Below, in pieces: positions 1 to 14,683 of a stretch of 64,000 nucleotides of DNA; the first letter of the stretch is position 1; each line of letters opens with the position of its first letter. The notes beneath the pieces were generated by a model. The model ran no database searches and had not been told where the DNA came from. It was given only the letters and a program-made list of their open reading frames with translations. The stretch comes from the human T2T-CHM13v2.0 reference genome, Homo sapiens: assembly GCF_009914755.1 (NCBI RefSeq), contig NC_060936.1. The stretch is one strand, 5' to 3'. Both the position numbers and the translations under genes were made by a program.

Positions 1-589
1 CCAGGATGGCCATAGGGATACAACTGCACACGCCATGAAGTCACTGCTGCTGTAAGTTTGGAGGACGACTCAGATTCCTCTGCCTTCCCCACTGGAAAAG
101 CCCATAGTGTTTATGTCAAACTCTAGACACCCGGTCACAACTCATTTAGCAGATCTCCTTCTTTCCTTCCTTCTCTCCTGCCTCCTTTTTCCTTCCTTGC
201 AAACGACACATGCATTACACACATAGTAGGTATTTTCATTGCAAAAGATTCACACACATAGTCAAATTTGGAAGTTCCTCCAACCCCCTTACTCTCACTG
301 CCTGTCTCAGTGTAAACTCTTCCAACTCTTCTGTGACCATAACTACCTAATACCAACATACAATGAATATGTCCAAACATTATATAAATGTATATATACA
401 TATTTATGTTTATATCTATTTCTCTTTGTAGAAATACGATCATACTATATGTGCTGTTTGGCAGTTTGTTGTCTTCACAAATCAATGTATCTTGGAGTTT
501 TAAACATCTCTTTGTGTAGACCAGGGGTCATCCACCAAAGGCCATGCCAGGTGCAGCAAAGCAGAGATGTCTTAATAAGAGAGTGATTT

Positions 590-1200
590 AATAAAAATAT
601 GACACATCCATATTATAGAACACTATTCAGTCATTAAAAAGAATGAGGTGGTTCTATAACAGGGGTGAAAACTTTCTCTGTAAAGGGCCAGATAGTAAAT
701 ATCACAGGCTTTGCAGGCCATGCAGTCTCCACTGCAACTACTCGATTCTGCCTTTACAAAAGCAGTCCTAGGCATTATATAAACAAATGGGTGTGGCTGT
801 ATATTAATAAAACTTTATTTACAAAAACAGTCAGCAGGCCAGATTTGGCCCCGGGGGGCATGGGTGGATGACCCCTGGTCTACACAAACAGATGTTTCAA
901 ACTCCAAGATACATTGATTTATGAAGAAAACCAACTGCCTAACAACACATATAGTATGACCGTATTTATACAAATAAATATAAATATAAATATAAATATG
1001 TATACATGCATTTATATAATGTTTGGACACTTTCATTATATGTTGATATGAGGTAGTTATGGTCACAGAAAAAGAGCTAGATGGGTTTAAACTGAGAAAG
1101 ATAGTGAGAGTAAGGGGGGTGGGGGGAACTCCCAAATTTGACTATGTGTGAGAATCTTTTACAGTGAAAATGCCTAGCATGTGTGTAATGCATGTGTGAT
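590..1200 (+). mobile_element. Old L1M (L1ME/MD-like) 3' fragment interrupted by MER58A
   Basis: ATCCATATTATAGAACACTATTCAGTCATTAAAAAGAATGAGGT...CTCCAAGATACATTG...TATAGTATGA resembles the L1M 3' UTR on both sides of the MER58A. Confidence 0.7.
660..877 (+). mobile_element. MER58A hAT-Charlie MITE
   Basis: CAGGGGT...CTGTAAAGGGCCAGATAGTAAAT...AATAAAACTTTATTTACAAAAACAG...GACCCCTG; diverged 8-bp TSD TTCTATAA/GTCTACAC. Confidence 0.9.
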
Positions 1201-1324
1201 TTGGAAGGAAGGAAACAGGAAGGCAGGAGAGAAGGAAGAAGAAAAGGAAGGAAGATGGAAGAGAGAAAGAGAAGGAGGGAAGAATGAATGGAGGGAGGGA
1301 GGGAAGGAGGGAAGAAGACAGAAA

Positions 1325-1404
1325 GCTGTGTTCCAATAAAACTTTATTTACAAAAACAGGCTGTGGGCCAAGTTTGGTCCATGGCCACAGTCTTCCAACC
1401 TCTG
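1325..1404 (+). mobile_element. MER58A 3' fragment
   Basis: CTGTGTTCCAATAAAACTTTATTTACAAAAACAGG...CCAACCTCTG. Confidence 0.8.
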
Positions 1405-1533
1405 GTTTAGAATACCAAGTCCACGAGGGCAAAGTCCTGGAAATCTTATTCACCATTATGTCCCCAGTCTATAGAACAGACCCTGACACACAACAGGAGC
1501 TCAAGAAATAGTTGTTGAAAGAATGGGGAAAAA

Positions 1534-1867
<334 letters not shown>

Positions 1868-3089
1868 CTATCAACTTGGAAAACGAACAACTCAACTACT
1901 ATTCTAAGCCCTTGTCATGAGCATGTGTAAAGCAATATGCTGTGTGTTACTCATTTAAATGTCTTGAACTAACTGCTGCCAGCACACAGGTTAATTAAAT
2001 GGCAGTGACCTTAAAAACAACAACAACAACAAAAACGAGTTGTCATCCTCACATTATCACATCAAAAGTGGCTCACACTGTGGTACTTCAGTGGCTGAGA
2101 AAACCTTTTGCTCTGTATCCAGAGACCTATTTCTCTGTTCTCACCATGCACAAAAGCTGGTCTGTGGTCCTGCAGGTTCTCAGATCCGAAGGTAAATATT
2201 CCCACCTCCAAGGAAACCACATCTGTAAATGCAATGCAGTGTTTTCCGATCACAGGCAAACAGATTCTGATGTAGAAGAGAATCGGCAAACCTACTCTCA
2301 AACACAGGGACAGGGCTTCAAGTGGGACCCAGCATGGGTTGACAATGTTGCAAAAGTGACTTTCAAAAGAATCTGGGCTGCATTTTTGAGGGGATAAGAG
2401 GAGAAATGGGAAGCTGTGCAAGTGGATTTTAGAGGAGAAACAAAATTGCTGCATTTTTGGACGCTTTGTTCCACAGTGCCCTGGAATCCAGGGTAACGGG
2501 CATCCCAACTGGTAGACTCAGGGAGCAATGTCAGATACAACTTTTAGGTCCTTGGGAAATGACACAACCCAGTGTCTTACTGCTGCAAAGAAAGATGGTG
2601 CCAGGGGACACTGAGTCACTGACCCTCGCCTTGAGCCACAGCCACCTAGGAAACTGGATAAGAGCCTCCCTTCTCCCTCCCACTTAGGCAAACTCTCCTG
2701 TCTTCTGGTTCTGTTGCCTTCGGTGTGAGTTTCAAGCCATGTTCAGCACCAAGATTAATGAATTATGCATCAGTGAGGTTTGGCAGGTTGACATAGACAG
2801 ACGGCTGCCCACTGAAGGCCATGCCGGGTGCAGGCCAGAGCCATCACATCAAGATCTTCCAAAAGACTCCCTCCTGCCTCCAGTTCTCCATGGTGCAGAA
2901 TCTCTATGCTGTGTGGCTGGCTCCAGCACTATCTACAGCATCTATCCCAGATCTCTGATGGATGCTAAGGCATCTGGCAAGGTAGTATATCTCATGGGCT
3001 ATGCTGTAGCTGCAAATTAAGCCTAGAGCAGGAAATAAAATCAAGCTAGGAAGAAGTGTTCATGTCTCCTGAGGGCCCTCCCCACACTG

Positions 3090-3245
3090 GGTACTGGGAT
3101 AAACATTTCCCCTACATTACCTCTAATCTTCAGAGACTATATAGGTGATAGAGGATTCCCCATTTTACAGATGAGAAAATTGAGGCACAGATAATGGAAG
3201 CTGCTTGCACAAGGGCACATAGAGGTGGCATTCCATCCAGACCTG
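3090..3245 (-). mobile_element. MIR
   Basis: MIR core, reverse complement: CCCATTTTACAGATGAGAAAATTGAGGCACAGA. Confidence 0.8.
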
Positions 3246-3359
3246 GCTGGCAACAAGTCTGTGTTCCTTTGCCTCTGCGGGGTGTCACTCCTGTGCTATC
3301 AGGCTGGTAGAGGCTTAAGGGAAGGGGAGGTTACAAATATGGATCAAAAAGAGGAAAGG

Positions 3360-3701
3360 GAACAGAAAGACAATCCAGTTAACATATGGCGAACGGCACG
3401 AAGAGACGGTTCTCCGAAGGAGATACATAAATGGTGGCCAACAAGTGTATGAAAAGATGCTCAACATTATTAGTCATGAAGGAAATGAAAATTAAAACCA
3501 CAAGGAGATACCACTTCACAACCGCTAGGGTAGCTATAATTTTACAAATAGAAAATAATAAGCATTGGCAAAGATGTGGAGAAATATGAGCTCTCACATA
3601 TCACAGGTGAGGATATAAAATGGTGCAGCTGGCGTGAAATAGTTTGGTGGTTCCTCAAAAAATTAAAGATAGAATTACCATATGACCTGGCAACTTCACT
3701 C

Positions 3702-3740
<39 letters not shown>

Positions 3741-4305
3741 TATATATACACACACACATATATATACACGTACATATATATATATATATGAGTTGAAAAT
3801 AGGTACTTAAACAAATACACGTACACCTATGTTCATAGCAGCATTTTCACAGTAGCTAAAATATGGAAACAACCCAAATGTCCATCAACAGATGAATAGA
3901 TAAACAAATTGTGGCATATCCACACAATGGAATATTAGCCACCCATAAAAAAGAACACGATTTGAGACATGATGAATCTTGAAAACATTATGCCAAGTGA
4001 AGGAGGTAGCAGTCACAAAAGGTCACATATTGTCTGATTTCCATTTATATGAAATGTCTAAAACAGGCAAATCCACAGAAATGGAATGCAGACTGGCAGT
4101 TGCCATGGGGATAGGGGGAAGCTAGGGAACTGGGAGTAACTGCTTAATGGGTATAGGGCTTCCTTTTGGGATGATGAAAATATTCTGGAACTATTTAGAG
4201 GTGGTGGTTGTGCAACACTGTGACTGTACCAAAGGCCACTGAATTGTTCAGTTTAAAGTGGTCGATCTCACGTTATGTGAATTTCCACTTCAATCATTTT
4301 TTAAA
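3360..4305 (+). mobile_element. L1MB-type 3' fragment with internal (TA)n(CA)n at ~3701-3790
   Basis: AAAAGATGCTCAACATTATTAGTCA...GGAAACAACCCAAATGTCCATCAACAGATGAAT...GTTATGTGAATTT. Confidence 0.85.
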
Positions 4306-5397
4306 AGACTGTGTAATCCAAAGAAATGAGGAGGCGGGATGGTTGCCTAAGAGGAAGCCTGGGAGGCCGAGGTTCTGGAGGTCTTTACCACCAACCCACC
4401 ACCCCATCCTCAAGCAGCCAAGACTGACCCCCAAAGTGAACAGAACAAATAAATAAAGACAAATGAAAACACAGTGTGAGATAAATACCAAGGGTCTGTT
4501 GGCCTTGTTTAATTGAATAAGGATAGAATATTAATAGAAGATGCTTTAGAGTAAGAATCAATCTACAATGAACCACCTATGGGCCACAAATGACTTCCCA
4601 TTCACCCTCCATGGAAGCCTAGAGGATTGTGCTGACTTGGTAGAACATTCCTAAACTAGAAAGGGAAGTTCATTTTCCAAAAACTACACATCCTCCTCCC
4701 CCACATCTCTGCTCAGGTCACTGAAGATGGGTGGCTGCTTCAAAAGACCACCTCAAGGTCTGGGTCTCAAGAAGCAACAATCGTAATAGACAATAGTCAT
4801 GTCTGTGAATGCCCAAGCCTAGCATGTCTGCATGGTCCTCAGCATACAGTAAGTTGTGCTTAATAAGTTCTGGCTGGATAAATACCTCCTTTCCATAATA
4901 GTGATGTTCTGGGAGTGCTCATGTACTGCCAGGCCCTATGCGAGATGCTTTATATGCACAATCTCATGGAGCGCTCCCAACCCCAGGAAGTGGGTCCTAC
5001 CGTCATCCCCACTGACAGATGGTATACCTGCGGCTCACAGGGGAGACTCATTTATCAAGTTGTCTGCCCACTGAGCAGTAAAATCAGGCTTCTAGAAGAC
5101 ATGCTCTGACGCCTATGCCCTTAAGCTAAATCACTCTGCTCTTGCCTCTTGAATAACTTACTTTCTTCCAATTCCATATTCTTTGGTCTACAACACTGAT
5201 TGAAGGGTCATCACTTGGCCACTGAACTTTGTTTTAGGTGATAAGTGAAAGGGTTAACCAAAGGACACTACAAAAAGGTGTGGAGGAGGTGGAGAAACAG
5301 GAACCCCACTGCATGGCTAGTGCGAATGTGAAGTGATGCAGCTGCTGTGGCAAACACCACGGCAGTTCCTCTAAAAATTGAAAACAGAATTACCATA

Positions 5398-5756
5398 TGA
5401 TATGGTTTGGCTGCGTCCACACCCAAATCTCACCTTGAACTGTAATAATCCCCACAGGTCAAGGGCAGGGCCAGGTGGAGATAACTGAATCATGGGGGAC
5501 GTTTCCTCCATACTGTTCTCATGGTAGTGAATAAGTCTCATGAGATCTGATGGTTTTATAAATGGTAGTTCCCCTGCACAAGCTCTCTCTTGCCTGCCAC
5601 CATGTAAGATGTGACTTTGCTCCTCCTTTGTCTTCCACCATGCTTGTGAGGCCTCCCCAGCCACATGGAACTGTGAGTCCATTAAACCTCTTTTTCTTTA
5701 TAAATTAACCAGTCTTGGGTATGTCTTTACTAGCAGCATGAGAGCAGACTGATACC
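5398..5756 (+). mobile_element. THE1B-type MaLR solo LTR
   Basis: TGATATGGTTTGGCTG...CCATTAAACCTC...GACTGATACC; 5-bp TSD CCATA at 5393-5397 and 5757-5761. Confidence 0.93.
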
Positions 5757-6013
5757 CCATATGATCCAGCCATCCCACTTCTGGGTAAATACCCTGAAGA
5801 ACTGAAAGCAAGAACTCAAACCGATACTGGTTCACAGCAGTTCACATGTTCACAGCAGCATTATTCACAATAGCCAACAAATGGAAGCAACCCAAGTGTT
5901 CACTGACAGATGAATGGATGAACAAAATGTGGTCTATCCACACAATGAAATATTATCCAGCCTTAGACAAAAAAGGAAATTCTGACACATGCTCCAACAT
6001 GAATAAACCTTGA

Positions 6014-6374
<361 letters not shown>

Positions 6375-6615
6375 GTATGATTCTACTTCTATGAGGTACC
6401 TAGAACAGTCAAAATTGTCGAGATAGAAAATAGAGTGATGGTTGGCCAAGGCTGGGGAAGGAGAATGAGAAATTTAATGGGTACAGAGCTTTAGTTTGGG
6501 AAGATGAAGAGGGTTCTGGGGATGGATAATGGTGATGGTTGCACAACAATGTGAACGTACTTAATATCACTGAACTGTACACTTAAAAGTGGTTTAAATA
6601 ACAAATGTTCTGTTA

Positions 6616-7274
<659 letters not shown>

Positions 7275-8571
7275 CTAGCTGTGTGCTCTCCACCTGCTCA
7301 GAGCCAATTTAATTAGAGGTTCAGGACTCCCCAAGTACCAAAAGTAAATGCCAAGTTTATGACCATTAGCAAAGGAACCATAAAACTCCGGCCCACTGAA
7401 GTACAGCTCAAAGCCACCTGCCACCTGCCACTCCAGGGAGGCTGGTGGGCCCCGGCTTGGGTTTCTCTGAGGTCCCACTCCACCCATGATCCACACATTA
7501 CCTGGGTCATAAGAAAAGCAGTGGACGGTGAACCCCAAAAGGGAATGAAGCACAAAGTGTACACATTTTCAAAAGTAATCATGGCAGTAAGTGTCCTAAG
7601 ATACCCTGAGCTGTCCTTAAGGATAAATTTTACAGTGGATGCCAAGAAAAAAACAGGTTTAGAGACAAACTTGGAATGTGTTTCACTGCACCTTAGATTT
7701 CCCTTCGGCAAGAAGAGGTGACCTACATCCTAGCACTGGTCGGGGGGAGTATCATGGTCTTGTACAAAGTAGGGGGGCTTGGGAGTTGGAAGGGGATTCA
7801 GATCCAGCTCTGTGGCTGACCAGCTGTGATATTTTAGTGATGTTAATCTTTCTTGTAAAGGCATTGCATTGGGTTGGATAGTGCCATTCTCCCAAAGGGC
7901 CCTTTCAGCCCAAATCTACCTTAAGACTACCTATTATGTTCATTAATGAGTGATTACCAGGCATCCAAGGACTTCTGTGACTTTCCCTTGCCAGGCCCAG
8001 ATAACATCCACAAAACACCTAAGAAACTGTTTCTAGGAAGTCACCTTGGAGAGCCTCAGCCTCTGCACCTATAAAATGGAACTAGAAGCACCTACCTCCC
8101 TGGGTCGCTGGGAGGGTTTCCTGAGACTGGACGTGTTAAGCTGGGCTCTTCAATCTTTTTCACATCACGACACACCCAGAAAATGACATAATTTGTGCAC
8201 TGGGGTGGACAGATGAGGGGACACCAGCTGCCCCAGGCATCCAGAGTTCAGAGCACATTGATATTTCAATGCGCCTTTAACCATTTTGCGGACGCTAGTT
8301 TGGGAAGCTTCTTTGAAAAGCACCCAGCACAGAGAACAAACGAAGCTGCTTTCCTCCCCCTCGAGATGGAAGGTTCCCTATCAGCTCAGGAAGGACAGCG
8401 TCCCTAAACTTAATAATATGAGCTCTTTATTTGCAAGTTTAATTTGCAAGTTTTATTGTTAAAGTAAATCCACACCATTTTAAAAATGTTAAAACAGTAT
8501 AGGAAGGTACATATTGAAAAACAGAAGCCTCCTCCACCCCCAGAGGGCTTCTGGAGGGCAGAAAATGTTGA

Positions 8572-8984
<413 letters not shown>

Positions 8985-8999
8985 GGTTTCAGTGGCCCC

Positions 9000-9474
9000 T
9001 GTTATTTGGGTTCAATTGTGCTTTCTCAAAATATAGTGAAGTCCCCTAAACTCCAGTATCAAAGAATGTAATATGATATGGAAATAGGGTCATTGCAGCT
9101 GTAATTAGTTAAATTTAGATGAGTTCATAACTGGAGTAGGGTGGACCCCTCCCATATGACTGATGTCCCTATAAAAAGGGGAAACTTGGACACAGAGACA
9201 CGCACAGAGAGAACACCACGTGAAGATGAAGGCAGAGACCAGAGTGATGCTTCTAGAGGCCGAAGAACACCGAAGACTGCCGGCACATCACTAGAAGCAG
9301 AAGCTAGGCAAGAAGCATAGGACAGATTCTTTTTCCAGCCCTCAGAAGGAATCAACCCTGCTCCCACCTTGATTTCAGACTTCTGGCCCCCAGAACTGTG
9401 AGACAGTAAATTTCTGTTGTTTAAGGCATCCAGTTTATGGTACTTTGTTACAGCAACTCTAGGAAATTAATATA
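9000..9474 (+). mobile_element. MLT1B-type MaLR LTR
   Basis: GGAAATAGGGTCATTGCAG...CCAGAACTGTGAGACAGTAAATTTCTGTTGTTTAAG...GGAAATTAATA. Confidence 0.88.
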
Positions 9475-9527
9475 TCTCCTTGGTCTCTTCCTCTCTTAGT
9501 TGAACTCCTGAGACGTCCCACTGTTAA

Positions 9528-9851
<324 letters not shown>

Positions 9852-10099
9852 AGACTTTTTCTCTTAATCATTACATCTGTCATCCCTTCCTAGCTTCATC
9901 CACAGCACATACACCCAGATCCAGAGCTCCAAACCCACTTCCAAACCCTGAAAGCCTCCAGAATTCCCCTGTGTCATGTTCCATCCACTCGTCAGCTTTA
10001 TTTTCCTCCTTGTTTTCTCCTAGCACCACTTGACATTATATTTCTTCTTGTTTATTCATCTTCTGATTGTCTCCTGACTGGGCCCATCAGAGTCTTACT

Positions 10100-10475
10100 G
10101 GCTGCCCCAGGGCCTTTGCACATACAGTTCCCATGGCCTGAAATCTTCCTGTAGAAATCCCCATGGCTTGCTCCACCACTTCATTCTCTGCCTAAATAAG
10201 CCCTCATCAGAGAGGCCATCCCGTCCCCTTCATCTAAAAGAGCAGCTCTCTCCTTAACACTTTCTACCTCTTGACCTTGCTCTCATTTAGTGTTCGGCAA
10301 TAATCTTCATCTGACATTTTGTCTATTCATTGGTTTATGTGCCTTTTGTCTATCTCCCCTCATCAAGCTATATGAAGACAGGGCCTTTGGATGATCTGTT
10401 CTGCTTTAAGCCTAGCTCCTAAGGTAGTGCATAGCATGTGCTCAGCATTCAATAAATACCTCTGAATGAATCAAT
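10100..10475 (+). mobile_element. L2 3' fragment
   Basis: CAGGGCCTTTGCACAT...TCAATAAATACCTCTGAATGAAT (L2 3' end). Confidence 0.8.
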
Positions 10476-10579
10476 GGTATGGCATTTATGTAAAATGGCA
10501 GAGAGAATTATGGTTACCCTTTTACTGAGTATTATCCATGCATTATCTCATTTAATTCTCCCAGCAGCCCAATAAAGTA

Positions 10580-11451
10580 CTCATGCGTCACTTAATAAGA
10601 GTGATACATCCTAAGAAATGCATTAGGTTATTTTTGTCATTGTGCAAACATCATAGAATGTACTTATACAAATCTAGGTGGTAGAGCCTACTACACACCT
10701 GGGTGATGTAGCCTATTGCTTCCAGGCTACAAATCAGTACAGCATGTTACTGTACTGAATGCTGTGGACAACTGTAATGCAATGTAATTATTTGTGTATC
10801 CAAACATCTAAACATAGAAAAGGTACAGGCAAAATACGCTATAAAAGATTAAAACGGTACACCTGTATAAGGCATTTACCATGAATGGAGCTTGTAGGAC
10901 TGGAAGTTGCTCTGGGTGAGTCAGTGAGTAAGTGGTGAATGAATGTGAAGGCCTAGGACATGACTGTACACTACTGTAGGATTCATAAACACTGTACACT
11001 TAGGTGACACTAAATTAAAAAACAAAGCAACTACACTGCAAGGTTACAATGGCTATGACGTCACTAGGTGATAGGAATTTTTCAGCTTCATTATAATCTT
11101 TTTTGATTTTTTCCTTGAGACAGAGTCTCACTCTGTCACCCTGGCTGGAGTGCAGTGGCGCGACCTTGGCTCACTGTAACCTATGCCTCCCAGGTTCAAG
11201 CAATTCTCCTGCCTCAGCCTCCTGAGGAGGTGGGACTGCAGGCGCCCACCACCACTCCTCACTAATTTTGGTACTTTTTTTTTTTTTAGTAGAGACCGGT
11301 TTCACCATGTTGGCCAGGCTGGTCTCGAACTCCTGATCTTAAGTGATCTGCCTGCCTCAGCCTTCCAAAGCACTCCATTATAATCTTACAGGACCACCAT
11401 CGTATATGCAGTCTGTCACTGACCAAAACGTGGTTATGTGGCCCATGACTG
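10580..11451 (-). mobile_element. Tigger3 (Golem; Tigger3c-sized) inserted in a MIR
   Basis: TIRs CTCATGCGTCACTTAA.../...GTTATGTGGCCCATGACTG with TA TSD. MIR halves lie at ~10520-10579 and ~11452-11585. Confidence 0.9.
11099..11371 (-). mobile_element. AluS, 5'-truncated, nested in Tigger3
   Basis: Ends at CCTTCCAAAG; TSD CATTATAATCT. Confidence 0.92.
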
Positions 11452-12304
11452 TATTGTTATCCTCATTTTACAGAGGGGACACAGAATGTTTGGGACTTAC
11501 CCAAGGCTATACAGCTACAGGGTGGTGGAGGCAGGATCTGACAACAGGACCTCAGATCCTGGAGCCCACAGACTCAACCACCTGCCTAGCTCCCTTGTTC
11601 AGCCTCACCTACGCATTCCATGTGACAGGGAGGTCATTGTCCATCTACCACTTTGCCTATCCAGCCATGATCTGACCACAGCATTGTAGTAGAACAAGGT
11701 CCTTAATGAACATGAAGTGCAACCAACAGTGAGCACCGAATTGCCTTCCTCATGTATTTTTCCTGCACAGGACAAGTTTGGTTATTATAAAAAAATAATA
11801 AGTCACTGAAAAATAATGATGCTTCACGGATGCTACGGAGATATATAAAGTCTGCCTGTGCTATAATTGCCTTCCTGCCTCTGTATGTGCTTAACTTGGT
11901 GAAGACGCTATTAACCGCAGTAAAGAAAACATTTATTCACAAGAAAGCCATGTAATGAGGAGAATCCTCAACGTGGGAGCAAATGTCAGTATCTCTCAGA
12001 TAAGACAGAAAGGTTCATTCAGACGACCGAAACATCCTCTTAGCAGGTTTTTGTACAACTCCCAATGTCGGTGCTACCATGCAGGGCAACACCGAATAAA
12101 TGATTCCAGATGGTAAAAAGGAACTCCCATTGTATTTCCTAAGTATTTCTATCCATTTCTCAACATTACCCCTCTCCATCACCCCAGGAGATAAGCCACC
12201 ATTATCTCTTGCTAGATGACTGGGGAAAAACACAAACCAACTAACCTTTTAGCTCCACCTGACTGCTCATCCATCCTCCATCTGCACAATAGGAGGAAAA
12301 CTTT

Positions 12305-12618
12305 GTTTGTTTGTTTATTTATTTATTTATTGAGACAGAGTCTCGCTCTGTTACCCAGGCTGGAGTGCAATGGTGCGATCTAGGCTCACTACAACCTCCA
12401 CCTCCTGGGTTTAAGGGGATGGATTCTCCTGCCTCAGCTTCTCACCTAGCTGAGACTATGGGCATGCACCACCACACCCAGCTAATTTTTGTATTTTTAG
12501 TAGAGACAGTGTTTCATCATGTTGGCCAGGCTGGTGTCGAACTCCTGATCTCAGGTGATCTGCCTGCCTCAGACTCGCAAAGTGCGGGGATTACAGGTGT
12601 GAGCCACTGCACCAGGCT
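12305..12618 (-). mobile_element. AluSx-like with (TTTG/TTTA)n tail
   Basis: TSD GGAAAACTTT/GGAAGACTTT. Confidence 0.93.
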
Positions 12619-12728
12619 GGAAGACTTTATAAAATCATAAATCTGGTCATGCCAACACCTTTGCTGAAAATCCTTCAGCATCTTCCCAAAGCATATAAAA
12701 TAAAGATCAAATTCTTTAGCATCATCTC

Positions 12729-13218
12729 TGTAGTGGGCTGAATGGTGCTTCTCCAAAAAAGAAAAAAAAGGCTACTGGGACTTGTGAATGTTGCCTTATT
12801 TGGGGCAAAAGGGGGGTCCTTATAGACGTAATTAAGTTAAGGATCTTGAGATGAATCAACCTGCATTGTCCAGCTGGGTCCTACCTCCAATGACAGGTGT
12901 CTTTGTAAGAGAAAGGCAGGGAAGATTTGACATAGACACAAGAGGAGAAGACACAGAACAGAGAAGAAGGCCTTGTGAAGACAGAAGCAGAGATTGGAAG
13001 GATTCAGCCACAAGCCAAGGAATGTCAAGGATTTCTGGAGCAACGGAGGCTGCATGAGGCAAGGGAAGATCCTCCCCTAGAGCCTTCGGAAGGAGCATGG
13101 ACCTGCTAACACCTTGCTCAGACTTCCAGTCTCCAGAACTAAAAAAGAAAAAATTTCTATTGCTTTCAGCCATCAAATTTGGGGTAATTTGTTATAGGAG
13201 CCACAGGAAACTAATACT
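12729..13218 (+). mobile_element. MLT1C/D-type LTR inserted in L2
   Basis: TGTAGTGGGCTGAATGGT...CCCCTAGAGCCTTCGGAAGGAGCATGG...GGAAACTAATAC. Confidence 0.88.
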
Positions 13219-13219
13219 G

Positions 13220-13660
13220 CTTCCAAGGCTGCCATGTGATCTGGCCCTTCCCACTTGCTCTTTCTCCTCAGCCGCACCATCCTTCCTTGTCACTCAAGTG
13301 CAACTGCAACATGCTCCCTTGCCCACTCCAGGGCCTTTGCACATGCTGTTGCCCTTGTCTGCTCCCCAGTAGTTTCTTCCACACTTCAGACAGCAGTTCT
13401 ATCCTCCTTCCCCTCAGTAAGCCTCCCCCAATGTCACTGGGCCAACATGATTCCCTGTTACAGGCCCTCCCAACACCAAGCACCTCGCGTTGGTAGCCTT
13501 TGTCAGTTCCATTGCAAAGGTGTGAGATTCAATCATCTTATCAGATCTGTTCCACGAGGGTGGGGACCATGTGTGTCTTCTTCACCCCTATCACCGAGCT
13601 ATCTACACAGCACCTGATGTGTAATAGACACCTAAATATTGGAATGACTGTTGGAATGAA
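13220..13660 (+). mobile_element. L2 3' fragment
   Basis: CAGGGCCTTTGCACATGCTGTT...TAAATATTGGAATGA. Confidence 0.75.
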
Positions 13661-14532
13661 AGGAAGTGCAATTTAGTGAACCTCAAAAATTGAGTCTCTA
13701 ACCAAATATCAAACAGATCCATCAAACTGAAAAAGGAAGGAAACAGAAAAGTCCCTGGGGTGAATAGGTGGTTTAGCCTGATTCATCTTCCCATAAACCA
13801 TATCAAAGTTTTCAGAGACAACTTCAGTGCCTATGGATGGTGTCAAACCGGGACATTGACTTACACACTCCTCAGTGTTGACAGAACTATCTTCCCTATT
13901 AAGGATCACTTTTATCCATGGATCCCCTCTTCCCCCACCAAGCTGGAATATTCCCAGACACCGAGCCAAAGTCTCCAATCACTTTCAAATGGACAGAAAT
14001 TCAGTGAAATGGCTAGAGCTGCTGGCCAGTGCACCGTGGCCCTTTTGAAAGCTCCGCTCTGGCTACTAGGATACTTAGCTCAGAATGAGATCCTCCAGAG
14101 CTAAGTTATTACATGTTTGGGCCATTTTTCTCTTTTCACAGCTGGACAACTGACTGGAGTGGAAGCCAGCCAGCTCCTCAGGGAGCCCAAGGGGGAAAAT
14201 AGTGAGGAAGGACAGTTTTCCAGCAATAAACTTGTTTCCTTCTCATTCTCTCCAGACTCAGACTTATCGACTCTTTGGAAAAGCCCACCCAAGAAACGAG
14301 GGGGAACAGAAGAAAGCCAGGATCAAACCAGGGTCAGAGAGAGAGAGAGAGAGACAAAGAGAAAGGCAGATGGCTCTGGAGTCAGGCCTGGGTTCAAATC
14401 ACACATTCAGAAGTTGTCGTTGGCCAGATCTTAGGCAAATTATTTCACCTCTTTTAGTCTCACTTTGTTACATAGAAGAGGAATTGATTTGTCCACTCAA
14501 CAAATACTGAAGGAGCAACGACAGTGTGCTAG

Positions 14533-14683
14533 GCAGGACTATGAGTAGGGTAAGGTGCATGAGGTGCCTAGGATACTAAATTTAAGTTGATACTCTCAGA
14601 GACATACCCAACCTTGAGAGTGGGCACCTCCCTAAATGCCACCCCTGATGTCCCTCAGTTGCCTCCCCCTGGCCCTGGTGCTA
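14533..14683. mobile_element. MER96-like palindromic hAT MITE
   Basis: AGGGTAAGGTGCATGAGGTGCCTAGG...ACTCTCAG...TGAGAGTGGGCACCTCCCTAAAT...GCCTCCCCCTGGCCCTG; imperfect self-complementarity. Confidence 0.65.

Larger units (their letters stand above)
155..1248. repeat. Long inverted repeat (arms ~155-536 and ~863-1248, ~326-bp spacer)
   Basis: 511-536 TTTGTGTAGACCAGGGGTCATCCACC is the exact reverse complement of 863-888. Pairing continues colinearly outward to the CT-rich/GA-rich tracts at ~155 and ~1248. Confidence 0.95.

Noticed and set aside
2479-2493. Palindrome CCCTGGA-A-TCCAGGG
   Set aside because: 7-bp arms are expected by chance in 64 kb.
1999-2508. Overlapping 132-aa and 148-aa ORFs in unique DNA
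   Set aside because: No recognisable domain or promoter context; length compatible with chance.
2742-2760. REST/RE1 left half-site TTCAGCACC (and a right-half-like GGACAGCG at ~8393)
   Set aside because: Each lacks a properly spaced matching half; such half-sites are expected by chance.
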